DNA from: Macrostomum lignano
Taxonomy: Eukaryota
DNA: 64,000 bases
Assembly: GCA_002269645.1 (NCBI GenBank)
Contig: NIVC01003061.1
Coordinates: 1-64,000, forward strand
Direction: 5' to 3'
Shown: piece by piece, positions 1-16,182 of the stretch
Numbering within the stretch: position 1 is the stretch's first letter
Layout: every line of letters begins with the position of its first letter
The notes under the pieces: model-generated
The model's input: the letters and a program-made list of their open reading frames with translations, nothing else
What the model was told of the DNA's origin: nothing
Databases searched by the model: none
Translations under genes and position numbers: made by a program

Positions 1-1163
1 CAGATTCTGAGAGAGTGAGGGAGTGACAGATCGAGAGTGAGGGAGTGACAGATTCTGAGAGAGTGAGGGAGTGACAGATTCAGGTGAGTGAGGGAGTGAC
101 ACATTCTGAGAGAGTGAGGGAGTGACAGATTCTGAGAGAGTGAGGGAGTGACAGATTCTGAGAGAGTGAGGGTGAGTGACAGATTCTGAGAGAGTGGGGG
201 AGTGACAGATCTGAGGAGAGTGAGGGAGTGACAGATTCTGAGAGAGTGAGGAGTGACAGATTCTGAGGTAGAGTGAGGAGTGACACATTCTGAGAGAGTG
301 AGGGAGTGACAGATTCTGAGAGAGTGGGGAGTGACAGATTCTGAGAGAGTGGGGTGACAGATTCTGAGAGAGTGAGGGAGTGACAGATTCTGAGAGAGTG
401 AGGGAGTGACAGATTCTGAGAGAGTGAGGGAGTGACACATTCTGAGAGAGTGAGGGAGTGACACATTCTGAGAGAGTGGGGGAGTGACAGATTCTGAGAG
501 AGTGAGGGAGTGACAGATTCTGAGAGAGTGAGGGAGTGACACATTCTGAGAGAGTGGGGAGTGACACATTCTGAGAGAGTGAGGGAGTGACACATTCTGA
601 GAGAGTGAGGGAGTGACAGATTCTGAGAGAGTGAGGGAGTGACAGATTCTGAGAGAGTGAGGGAGTGACACATTCTGAGAGAGTGGGGGAGTGACAGATT
701 CTGAGAGAGTGAGGGAGTGACACATTCTGAGAGAGTGAGGAGTGACACATTCTGAGAGAGTGAGGGAGTGACAGATTCTGAGAGAGTGAGGGAGTGACAC
801 ATTCTGAGAGAGTGAGGGAGTGACACATTCTGAGAGAGTGAGGGAGTGACACATTCTGAGAGAGTGAGGGAGTGACACATTCTGAGAGAGTGAGGGAGTG
901 ACACATTCTGAGAGAGTGAGGGAGTGACATTCTGAGAGAGTGAGGGAGTGACACATTCTGAGAGAGTGGGGAGTGACACATTCTGAGAGAGTGAGGGAGT
1001 GACACATTCTGAGAGAGTGAGGGAGTGACACATTCTGAGAGAGTGGGGAGTGACACATTCTGAGTGTGAGGGAGTGACAGATTCTGAGAGAGTGGGGAGT
1101 GACAGATTCCAGAGAGTGAGGGAGTGACACATTCTGAGAGAGTGAGGGAGTGACACATTCTGA
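1..1163. repeat. 26-bp minisatellite (CAGATTCTGAGAGAGTGAGGGAGTGA) in calcineurin A intron 2; continues off the left edge
   Basis: Tandem units visible directly; the array starts about 40 nt inside the GT donor at 1202-1201 (minus strand). The 358-aa ORF here is a repeat artefact. Confidence 0.97.
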
Positions 1164-1202
1164 TGGAGTGAATGAACTAAAGAGCACGCGGGACAGCCTC
1201 AC

Positions 1203-1527
1203 CTCAATGCTGAAGTAGCCCCGGTCCACATAGTCCCCCAGAAACAGGTAGCGAGTGGTGCCGGGCGCCCGCCAACCTCGAACAGCTTCATCAGGTCGAA
1301 GAATTGGCCGTGAATGTCGCCGCAGACAGTCACCGGGGCTTCCACCTCCAGCATAGTCTTCTCCTGGCGAAGCAGGGCGGCTCCATCGTTGATGATTTTC
1401 AGAGCGGCCTCATCCGTGAGACGGCCTTCCAATGTGAAATGCTCTTTGAGTTTGGCTGCATTGGGCTTGCCGCCTGCGTCAAAAACTTCTTGAAGGGTCA
1501 GCCGGTGCGCTGGAGGCAGGGGAACAC
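1203..1527 (-). CDS. PPP3CA: Calcineurin A (PP2B catalytic subunit), coding exon 2, with an apparent 1-nt deletion near 1268-1270
   Basis: Translation VPLPPAHRL...EGRL...[35 protein letters not shown], then after a one-base shift [19 protein letters not shown] (PPP motifs GDIHG and GDYVDRG). CAG acceptor at 1530-1528 and GTGAG donor at 1202. Confidence 0.95.
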
Positions 1528-3228
1528 CTGGATGTTTGGTGAGCGTGGATTTAAGTCGCAAGTCAGGATTTCAGATTGGCAGTGTTTAAAAATATGGGTG
1601 TTTTGCTTTTTTCCATGGGGCATATTTGGTCAAGAAAAAATGCACTTAGAAGATGCAAACCAACTCTGGTTGAATGCTACTCTCTGGCAGTATTTTATGA
1701 AAATATAGCTTGAACTTTAACAAAATGCTCCTATGTTCTAAAAGCTCCTATCTTGGTAATGAAAACTAGTCAATACCAAAATTTGTATAATTCACAAGTG
1801 TAGGGCTTTCCACTTCACTTGCAATGTTATTCAAGAGATTTATATAACTAAGATTTTAATAGTAACTTAGTATAAAATAGCAGTAACAGTAGTAGTATTA
1901 GTAGTAGTAGTAGTAGTAGTAGTCCCCTTGTTATATATTTACATAGGGTGCATAACAGCAAACTTTGTCATCATAAAGCACTTGTGGCTATTAGTCACTT
2001 TGGCGACAAGACATTTTGGTGACAAACATTCTGGCAATAATGTTAGACAATTTTGGCAAAATCTTCAAATATATCCATTTAACAAAATAAAGATGCAGCT
2101 TCTGCTTGATACTTAAATGGACTGATTATTTCATTTTATTTTATTTTAATGAAGGGTATGACTAACTTTTATTTTAATTTTACTATTATAGCAAAAGTTA
2201 TTATAATTATTTTTGTTTTACCTTCAAAATAGATAGGCAGCCAACTGTGGATTTAGTTAGTGTACTAAGATTAGTTACAAGACAGTTATAGTTACTCCTG
2301 CCGTTTACCCAAAGTTGCATTAATTTTGCTTTAGGGTTTCTTTTATATGTAAGTTGCATTTTTGGCTAAAAACTACGTTGCATTTTTGTTAAAACTAAGT
2401 TGCATGGCCAACCGAATTTTGGAAGTTGCGCATGTATGGAACCTGCTATCTTAGGGATGCTTGCTATTGGGAAATATTTGTTATTTGGAGGGATACTTAT
2501 ATTCTGAAGGATGCTTTCAATTTTGGGAGAATGTCTATTATCTTTATAAGGGCTTTGTTTTGTTGTCTCCTTTTTTACTTTTAGAAGCAAGGAATTCATA
2601 GTAAGCATCTTTGAATATGACAATTTTACTCAAATAAGATTTATAAAACTAAAAAGAAATTGGTTCTTAAGAAAATGTGCCTTATTATGGATTTGCATAA
2701 ATAATTATGGTCCTTGCTTATTGGGTGCCTGAAAAGGGGATACTAGATTGGGGTGCTAGTCATTTTGTTTGCTGATAGTTTGTCTGCTAAGCAGACAAAA
2801 AGTTATTTCCTTCTCTAAAACTGTTTGTTTGCTGGAAAAAAGGATCTGAATATGGAATGAAGTGGAAGTTGTCTAAAAATCTCTGTGTTAACATTGCTAA
2901 AATACTGCAGGGGTTGGTCTTCAAATATGAAAATCTACACCAGTTTATAGGTCTAGACATTCCATTAGAGAGAGGGGTTTAAAGAGAGGGAGACATGTAT
3001 GCACCTTTAAGTCTGTAGTGAGACTTAATTAGCATACTTGAAGTACTTTTTTATAAATATTTATCATTTTAAGGTGATTGGCACCCCAAAAATCATAGCT
3101 TTAATCTGAAAAAAACTGCTGCGCCACTAAGTCAAGACCATTTTTTAAATAATTGTGCTCTTTTGAGTTTGTTAAATGCCAGATAAAAATTAAGTGATAT
3201 ACACTATACACATGAGCATCTCTCTTAC

Positions 3229-3271
3229 TTTGAACAACTCGCTCTGTGGTAGACGGCTTGGTCGTTGACAT
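3229..3271 (-). CDS. PPP3CA: Calcineurin A coding exon 1 (MSTTKPSTTERVVQ-S)
   Basis: ATG at 3271-3269; the STTERVV motif is typical of the calcineurin A N-terminus. The phase-1 GTAAG donor at 3228 joins in frame to exon 2 (A+GT=Ser, then VPLPP). Not in the ORF track. Confidence 0.9.
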
Positions 3272-4368
3272 TTCAATGTGCTTTGTCTAAGGAATTAGTA
3301 AACAAGTAAAACTTACTTTTAAATATACTAAATCTAATTCTAAACAATTTTTTATGTTGATTACCGACAAGCCGTAAGAACAAATGAAGTCAAAACGAAG
3401 GTTAAAAAGAAAGGCAAGTCACAAAAACATGTTTTAAAAGGAAATCAAAAAACAAACAGACACTGCTTAGTAGTTTTCAAATTGTGGAAATTGGATGTGA
3501 TTTGTACGAAAACACTATACTTATCCTAACTAAAACTAAACACCGACTTACTTTGACATGAAAAACTGAAACCCTGTCGAATTTAAAAAATACGTTTATA
3601 GTGTGTACGCTTGATAAAATCAGTAAACCAAAGTAAAAATAATTTGCGTTTACTTTATAGCTTTTGGCCCTTAAAAATGCTTTAAAAAATTTAGTAGACA
3701 GTTTCAGTGCTTTTCTTTTAGAAACCTGACATAAATACGATTTGGCGACTTTTCAAAATGCTATTGCTAATTTTGTTCCAAGAAAAGTATTCTTTGTTTG
3801 GCATCAGAAGCAATAAGCCAGTGTAAGGTATTTGGATTTAAAAGCGAAAGCGAATTAGAGTTTAGAAGAACTACAGAAATATAAAGTTGCTGCACGAATT
3901 CAGTGGACAAACTTTATTTTTTTCCACTAGCCAAAACAGGCTGTGTCTCAGCCACTTTTTAAATACAAAATACCGAAATACGATTTTTTAATGTTCAAAT
4001 TAAGAAGGCAAACGCAAAGGCTGTTGGCGTTAGTATAAGAAATTAATTAGTATTTGTGGATATAGATATGATATACATTATACCAGTACCAGTAGGCTCC
4101 CACTTTCTTGTACTGTATCTATGACATGGGCTGCCAGTCACGTCGCCAACAAGACATTTCGGCGACGGACACTTCGGGCTTTGGCAACAATTTTGAGACA
4201 AATGAATTTTTCGGCGACAGTAGGCGGGGAGTAGGGACTAATTTTGGCGACAATGGGGAAGAAATTTCGACAAAAAACCTGGATACAATATGAATACAAT
4301 ATGAATTGAAGAATAAGTAGGGGGGCCTAGTGATTTGACAAGCGATTTATATTTGTATTTCATTTAGG

Positions 4369-5000
4369 GGCAATCCTGAAGATTCCCGGGTTTAATTATT
4401 TTATGGAATTAAAGCAATCCAATCAAAAAAGTCTGTCAGTGTTACACTATTGGCATGGGTAATAGTGTCCAATCCAGTATAGGATATTGCCAAACTGATG
4501 GTCCAGGAAGGCCCGGCCCCACATGAACTCTTGCAGGTATGTGCTAAAAACAAAAAGGGCATCCAAAGTCCTGTGCATGGCCTGGAATTTGGCCTTGCAG
4601 TGGGCCCACATGCCCTCGACTGTATTTGTGTGAGTGTCTAGGTTATTTGAGTCATGGAAATGCAGTGAATGGTTCACTATCAGGTGATTTGCCAGTGTAT
4701 TGTAGGCTGCCCACTGATCAGTGACGATTCATGTCCCTGGAAGCACATGCTGGTTGATCACTGGCAGCAGTATGTTGGCTGAATGGTCTGGCACAGGAAT
4801 AAGAACGCATTGATGAGTGCCTTTCTCCATTATGCCCAGCACCCAGTGGCCTTCATGGTACTGCCCCTGGTGGTACTTGCAATGCATGAATTTGGACTCA
4901 TTGATCTCAATGTCCACTCTGGGCCCACCAAGCTGTGTCTTGTTTGTTTGGGCCCACCAAATGCGTAAAATAATTAAACGTGGGAATCTTCAGGATTGCC
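4369..5000 (-). mobile_element. Merlin (IS1016/IS1595-ISXO2-like) DNA transposon, internally deleted 632-bp copy
   Basis: 35-bp TIRs GGCAATCCTGAAGATTCCC(GG/AC)GTTTAATTATTTTA at 4369-4403 and 4966-5000 (33/35 identical); 8-bp TSD CATTTAGG at 4361-4368 and 5001-5008; internal ISXO2-like transposase remnant. Confidence 0.93.
4447..4929 (-). pseudogene. Merlin/ISXO2-like DDE transposase remnant (catalytic part only)
   Basis: Single frame GGPRVDIEINESKF..HWVLG..GT..C.L.PVPD.SA..LLP.I..HVLPGT*IVTDQWAAY..L..VNHS..F.D...HTNTVEGMW...K, with one in-frame TGA (4731-4729). First catalytic Asp reads Asn; N-terminal region absent. Confidence 0.9.
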
Positions 5001-8000
5001 CATTTAGGCCCTATTTTAAAGGTGGTATTGGTAAAGTAGGCCTAAAAATAGAAAAAATACAAGGATTTATTATTTAATGATAAAGGATTGCTAATAATTC
5101 TTTTTATGATAGTACAATGAAAATAAAAGTCAGCCATGTACTAAAATAGTTAATTTCCTGAAATGGCCTAATATTATTGCCAAAATGACTGTTACCTAGT
5201 GCAATGGCATACCTAGGATTTTAAAAAGGGGGAATAACTTTTAGGGACAAAATTGTAGAGTAATAAAATAGTTTTTTGCAATTTTTTGCTTAAAATATGC
5301 ATTTAAAACTTAAAAGTACTAAAACCATGTTTATTTAGCTAAAAAACTTTATTTTGTTAAAATCAAAATAAAGCCAGTAAATATCTGTTCTGTCTATGCA
5401 TTTTAAGAACTAAGGCTTCATAGAAATATCATATAAAACATTTTTATATTTGTTTATAGGTGAAATAGGCCATTTTTTTGTAATTTTGTCAAGTCTAAGC
5501 CGCTTTAGTTTGCTTTTTTCAAAAAACTTTATTTTAATTTTTTATAAATTATCAAAATGAGGAGATATATTCCTGTATCTTCCCCACTAAGTACGCCACT
5601 GCTTTTTACCAAAATGTCTTGTTGCCATTTGCTAAAGTGTTTATTATAGAAATATCTTTTTGCCAAAGTCAGTGACTATGACTAGTAGGCCTAGCTTATG
5701 ACATGTAGCCAAAAGCCTTGACCATCTGTTGATAGTTAATACTAGGCTTTATCAAGCTTAGATAATTTTTTATTGCTTATATAACATTTAAGCTTTTTTT
5801 GACCTTCACTTAACTTAAGGCTTTTTATTATTCTTGATAATGGCATAAATATTGGAAAGGTAGCAATCCTAGGTGACTACCCACCTATCTTTCTAAGGAT
5901 TATCACCATAATCTTTTTAAATGAAAAAGTAAAATAGTCAAAGGTAAGCCTAGCCTTTTTTCATGGAAAATACTTGTGCAAAGTAGTTAATAGCCTAGCA
6001 CTATTTCTTAATCCTAGTGTAGACCAAAATTAATTTTTTTATAAAATCTTGGCCATATTCTATTTGTATTAAAAAACTTGCATTTGTATACACATAGTTG
6101 ATAAACTTGCATACTTGTGTATACTTTTTGTGATAATCATATACAACAAAAAAACTCAAAGCCATGGTTAGAAAGGTATGCCATATGTGCTACAATAAAT
6201 CTCTAGACAAATTTTAATTGTGCACTGTGTGCCAAGTAAAAAACTGCATGTATACCAAGAAAAAAATCTGCATTTTGTATTAATAGTAGCTATGATATAA
6301 CAATATAACAAATTATAGGTTCTACAACAAAATGCATCAATCATAAAAGAAGGCTAAACAATACCAATAGTCACAAATCTAAAAAATTAAATGTCTATAT
6401 CATCCCCAGACTCTAATTTAGCCAGTTCATAGTTGTAGTAGTGTCCAACAAATAATCTTATTTTGAATATTGACTTATATGTATTTTTTTATTTTTTTCC
6501 TCAATGTTAATAAAAAAACAATTGTTATATTTAAATTTTTCAGTAAAATATGTATTCTTTGTATATTCAAAACATTTTTTGTGCTATTTTAATTAAATTG
6601 AATATTTGAAAAAGGAGCAAGTACACATTTATATGTCACACTTTATGTGTGAACTAAGTGCTGTGTGCATTAGAAAATTCCGTTGTCACAATTTTATGTG
6701 AAATCTACCACCTTCCTGATTGTAGACTCAAAGTAGCATAATTTTTTTGAAAATATTTTTATTTACATGTAACACAAATAATATATATATATAAGACTTG
6801 CCTTCCTTAAAAAGGTCCTTTATTATTAAAACTGCAAAAAGGACCTTTAATGTCATGATATGAAAAAAAACTTGTTATGGGATAAAAACTGATATATATA
6901 CGGCAACTTTTTATTCCTAAATTGCCATACAAATATTCTATCCTGGGATGCAGTAAAATGGTCTAACCAACTCTATATTATCTAGCACAGATGGTATAGA
7001 CTATACAATATGGCATATAAAAAATAATAATATCTTGTGTAGTGCTAAACATGCTTAGGTGTAACCTAGGGACTCACCTGGGCATTTCATTCTATTGGTA
7101 ACACATACATGTAAGTTGCTATTGGATGGAATAGTACTCATGTGACTACTCTCAGCCAATAGTGACTTACATATATGAGTCATATATGTGTGTTGCCAAT
7201 AGAAAAGGCCTAGTGATTCCCAAGGTTGCACATGTATAGTGCTAAGCCATTCCAAAAGGTATACATTGTAGGAAAAACTTCCAGTGTGTATTTGTTTTGC
7301 CCAAAAATATAATATACACTTGGATATTGCTCTAGTATAAAGTAGCTTGATGAAAAAATATGGTATGATAATAGGACATGTCTTCTTAAGGCATTGGATG
7401 GGATATTATGATTCTATAGAATATACTGGGGTATTACTGATTGGATTAATTATTTAATAAAGTATTAATTAAAATCTAACAATGTTTGTCAGTCTTAGTA
7501 AGAAATCCTTAAATAAGTTTGTCAGTTGAAAAAGACTAAAGAAGTTATTTTTGCTGATCAAAATTTTATTTGTTTATTGTTATATCAATGGCAACATTGA
7601 TTGATGGGCATAGCAACTAAGTATAATTATATTAATATCAAAGCAAAATCTATATACCCATTTTGCACTATTTGTCTATCTCTCAGTTGTTGATTTTTTG
7701 AAAACCATCTGGTTGATTTCTAATTTTTGGAGATCATGCATAACTTTTTTGATGAAAAATTAAAATTCAAACTATTTTTAATGCTTCCAATGAGCACTCC
7801 ATTTTATTATCTAATTATTCAGTTCAACCATTTAGGTCTCTCCTTGGCCAATGTACAGTGTAGAATATGTATTCACAATAGAATTTTATGATCCTTTTGC
7901 ATGGTGGGCTTGCAATTTAATTGCAGTGTTGATTGAATTTTATTGTGTATTATCCAGTCTGATAGACAATCGATGAGAGAGAGCAGGGGTTATAAAGCTA

Positions 8001-8752
8001 ACCTGAAAAGGTTGAAACGCGAAGCCTTTTTTCATCAATCCCCTAATCTGCTCTGATCTTGTTTGTTATCTTACAATACATCAAGGGTGGCATAGTTGCA
8101 GATGGGGGCAATATCTGTGCCCAGTTAATTCATATTCATTTGGAAAATTGGTATATAATACTTATACCATAATTGAAAATGGGTCAAATATTTAAAAAAC
8201 AGTGTTTTTTAATGTTTTCAATATTTAAATTTTAAATTCAAACACATACCATAGGGCTTAGGGTGCTTATGTAAAACTTCAAACAATGAAAAAATCGATT
8301 TGAAAATGAGTCAAGTATTTAAAAAACAATGTTTTTAATGCTTTCGGTGTTTGAATTTGGAATTTGAATGCCCTTATAGGGGCTTAATAGGCTAGTCTAG
8401 TGCTTTCTAAATAAAAAAATTATTACAATCTTTGTTTTTATAGCCTAAATAATATATGTAATTCGTTTAACTTTAAGATCAAGGAAAACATAACTATATT
8501 TTGAGTCTTATTAGTAGTTACTTGCCTTTCAAAATGTACCTATTAACTGATCTTCATGCTTTAGTAGCATCTCAGAATCGAAGCACTCACAGTCAAACAA
8601 GATCTGGCAAATAATTCAGCATGTTTAGAGATTGTACGGCTATCTGATCTGACCTGTCAAGCGAATACAGACTTTTATCATTTCTCACCCTGTCTTTCTA
8701 TCTGTCTTCTTGTTTATCAAGTTTCTTGAGAGTTGAGACTGAATCCTCTTAA

Positions 8753-9797
<1,045 letters not shown>

Positions 9798-9842
9798 CCT
9801 CAAGATTCGCCCTGAGCCGCATCTAAACAATCTCTATAATGA

Positions 9843-12666
<2,824 letters not shown>

Positions 12667-12815
12667 AAAATAGATGGACAAACACTGAGAGTAGATGAAC
12701 AGATACTGAGAGTAGATGGGCACAAACGCAGGACAGCAGACAGACAGACAAATAAAAGAATCCAGCCAGAACGCAGCCCATAATATTGCACCCAAATCCC
12801 CATTTCAACTCGCAG

Positions 12816-13373
12816 GTTGTCCGTTACGAGCGCATCAAATTCCTAGTGATAGCCCTGAAGGACAGCATCGAACTGTATGCCTGGGCGCCCAAGCCCAACA
12901 ACCAGTTCATGGCCTTCAAATCGTTCACGGGTTTGCCCTACACGCCAATCACGGTTGATTTAACATTCGAGAACGATACAAAGATGAAGGTACTGTACGG
13001 ATCCAACTGCGGATTTCACGCTATCGACCTGGATTCGAATGCCTATTTAGATGTGTTCGTGCCGAGCTCAGTTGATCCGGGAGATGTTAAGCCTCACGCT
13101 ATTGTAATCCTGCCGGACAGTCAGGGACGGCACCTGTTGCTTCTGTACAATAACGAAGGTGTGTATTACGACACCAATGGACGCCGGCTCAAGGACGTTG
13201 TGGTGCACTGGGCCGAGCCGCCTTCAAGTGTTGCTTATATCAGCACTGGCCAGTTTATGGGCTGGGGCAATAAAGCCATTGAGATTCGGGCTGTGGACAC
13301 TGGACAATTGGATGGCGTGTTCATGCACCGGCGGGAGCAGAAGCTCAAGTTCCTGTGCGAGAAGAGCGACAAG
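12816..13373 (+). CDS. msn: msn exon 3 (CNH domain)
   Basis: CGCAG acceptor at 12815; [27 protein letters not shown]...WGNKAIEIR...[20 protein letters not shown]; donor AAG|GTGAG at 13374. Confidence 0.95.
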
Positions 13374-13514
13374 GTGAGTCTTAATAGGCTTTGAGCAGCG
13401 GATCAGTTTCTGAGAGGAATTATCTGGGTGCCTTTGTTTCTTTTTGAGAGACCTATGTGTTTTACTGTTTAGGTTCATTTGAGGGGAATTCTGTCTGGGT
13501 TAATGATTCTAGGT

Positions 13515-13960
13515 GAATTCCCCTGTATATTTAACATTCTCCAGGGAAATTCTCTTGTGGATTAAAAATTCTTTGGGGAATTCTCGTGTGGATTTAACAT
13601 TCTTGATGGGGAATTCTACTGTGGATTTAACATTCTTGATGGGGAATTCTACTGTGGATTTAACATTCTTGATGGGGAATTCTACTGTGGATTTAACATT
13701 CTCTAGGGGAATTCTCTTGTGGATTAAAAATTCTTTGGGGAATTCTCGTGTGGATTTAACATTCTTGATGGGGAATTCTACTGTGGATTTAACATTCTTG
13801 ATGGGGAATTCTACTGTGGATTTAACATTCTTGATGGGGAATTCTACTGTGGATTTAACATTCTCTAGGGGAATTCTATTGTGGATTTAACATTCTCTAG
13901 GGGAATTCTATTGTGGATTTAACATTCTTAAGGGGAATTGTCCTGTGGGTGTTTAGTTCC
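13515..13960. repeat. 33-bp minisatellite (TGTGGATTTAACATTCTTGATGGGGAATTCTAC) with a 165-bp higher-order duplication, msn intron 3
   Basis: Tandem units; the block containing GGATTAAAAATTCTTTGGGG recurs after 165 bp. Confidence 0.9.
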
Positions 13961-14332
13961 ATTCTAGGGGAATTCTGTGGGTGTTTAATTTCTGGAAAAA
14001 ATTCTGCGTGTTCAACTAGATGAACAAACTTGCAATCTATATATGGTAGCTGCATGCATTAAGGCATTTTGCGCAGTTAGCTGGCTTGCCATCCTAGCTA
14101 ATCGCAAACTCCCTGTGGTCTGTAGAGACATTTTCTAAGCTCGATTGGCTTTCTATATTTCTCTCAGAGTTCCCTGACCTGCCTCGGGCATCCATGCTTA
14201 TTACGTAATCAGTGAAGTAGTTTTTTTATGACGCAACATTTTCTATCCCTAGACTTTCCTTCTCGTTTATCTGACTTATAATGATATTTTTATTTATTAA
14301 TTTGTTATTATTATTATTATTATAACTCGCAG

Positions 14333-14407
14333 GTATTCTTCACCAGCGCCAAGTCAGGCAACGGCTCGCAGGTGTACTTTATGACCCTGTCAAAGTGCAA
14401 CTGGTGA
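14333..14407 (+). CDS. msn: msn exon 4 (VFFTSAKSGNGSQVYFMTLSKCNW*)
   Basis: CGCAG acceptor at 14332; matches the MAP4K4-type C-terminus VFF.S...G.SQVYFMTL..W; TGA at 14405-14407; AATAAA near 14457-14481. Spliced CDS is 3528 nt (1175 aa). Not in the ORF track. Confidence 0.92.
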   Translation, partial: VFFTSAKSGNGSQVYFMTLSKCNW

Positions 14408-15241
14408 CCATGACAATGGACCACTTAACTGACTGAATTTGTGCTAAGCAAATTTAATAAATAAACTGTATAAGCTAATAAATAGTACACATTTACGTAT
14501 TCCTGAATTTCGAATGATCTGTTTTTTAAAATCTACCTAGTTATCTAGTTTGTATTATTTGTCATATAAATAGTCTTGATAGTTTTATACATATATAATT
14601 CTTTGTGAGTTTATATCTTTCATACTGCCTTGTAACTTTTTTTATTACAAATTACTATGATATACAGGGCAAATTTTAGCGTATGAGTAATTCATAATTT
14701 ATGCTAACTAATTTATGCGTGTTAATAACTAAATTAATTATGAGAATGATTTAATCTAAGGCTTATTCCAGTTTACTTTATAAATCTGGGATATTTATTA
14801 ATTCTTGCCCATTTCTCTATTACTAGTTATGTTATTGTGTAGTTCGCAATCCTTGTTTTCCGGTGTTTATTAGTACAGGCCCCTAAAGCCACGCCTCATA
14901 CGCATTGCACATATTATATATATTATTTAAATCTTCAAGTCTTGTAAGTCTCTAAAATCCCCAGGCTGCACAGAATATGATGTTGTCCCAGATGTGTTGG
15001 GCTAGATAAGGGATAGATAGACCTGGTAGATAAAAAAGCAGATAAGTATAGAGAATGTAAAGTAAGGGGGAAAAACGTTGACGCAACATCTTAAAAGATG
15101 CCAGCTGCTGTTGCTGTTAGCTTGTGACTGTGTGGTGCGCTAAAATTGTAGATAAAATGTAAGGGTTTGAACTGTATGTATCACTGTGCCCCGTCAGTCG
15201 CAACTTTGCCTGGCCAAGTGTTAAGATATATAGCTATAGCC

Positions 15242-16182
15242 TAGGGATTCCAAAATCCCGACATTTTACAATCCCGGGATTGAATAGTCCCGAAATCCCG
15301 ATGCTGTTGAAATCCCGGGATTCAAAATCCCGGAATCCCGGTGCTTTTGCAATCCCGGGATTAAAAATCCCGGGATTCGATTCCCAAAAAAATCCCGGGA
15401 TTCAAATCCCGGATTTTTGGCCCCAATCCCGGGATCCCGGGATCCCGGGATTGGAATCCCTAAATTGCTAGACGGACTGTGCGGCGTGCCGCGTGCAGTA
15501 GTCATGGTCTCGCGACTCTCAGAGTCTCAGGGCCTTTTCATATTACCAATTCCAGAACCAGAATCGGTTCGGAATTCGAAGAAAAACAGCAGTATAACTA
15601 TTAAACTCTGTTAATATTTGACTGCCTTAACAGCCTCACTTAGCACAATTTTTCACTTTCTTCTTGGCGACTGTCATTCAATAATAAAAACTTTATAGCA
15701 CGTATCTCCCTCTAGTTATGGAGACAAAAAGTTTATACTTCACAAATTGGTTCTTGTTCTGGAACCAGAGCAAGCAATATGAAAAGGCCCTCAGTCTCGT
15801 CTCGTGGTAGAAAACGAAAAAAAAGTTAAAATTATCTATAATTTACAGTTCACATTAACAATTTTTAGCTCAATTAGGACAGGAGCTTTGCAAATGTTTA
15901 ACGTTTCATTGAGAAACAGCAAAAACAAATAAATGTTTTATTATTCAAATAAACGTTTAGACTTTAAATTATCTAATTTAGGCATTGAAAGGTCGTTCTA
16001 ATCCCGGACCAATCCCGGGATTAAGGCCTTGAAATCCCGGGATCCCGATCCCGGTCTTTTGCAATCCCGGGATTAAAAATCCCGGGATTCGATTCCCAAA
16101 AAAATCCCGGGATTCAAATCCCGGATTTTTGGCCCCAATCCCGGGATCCCGGGATCCCGGGATCCCGGGATTGGAATCCCTA
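15242..16182. mobile_element. Non-autonomous hAT-type MITE (941 bp) with an internally duplicated right end
   Basis: Termini TAGGGATTCCAA...TTGGAATCCCTA; 8-bp TSD CTATAGCC at 15234-15241 and 16183-16190; many subterminal ATCCCGGGAT palindromes. The hAT assignment rests on the 8-bp TSD and TAGGG ends. Confidence 0.88.

Noticed and set aside
80-1156. 358-aa ORF
   Set aside because: Translation of the 26-bp intronic minisatellite.
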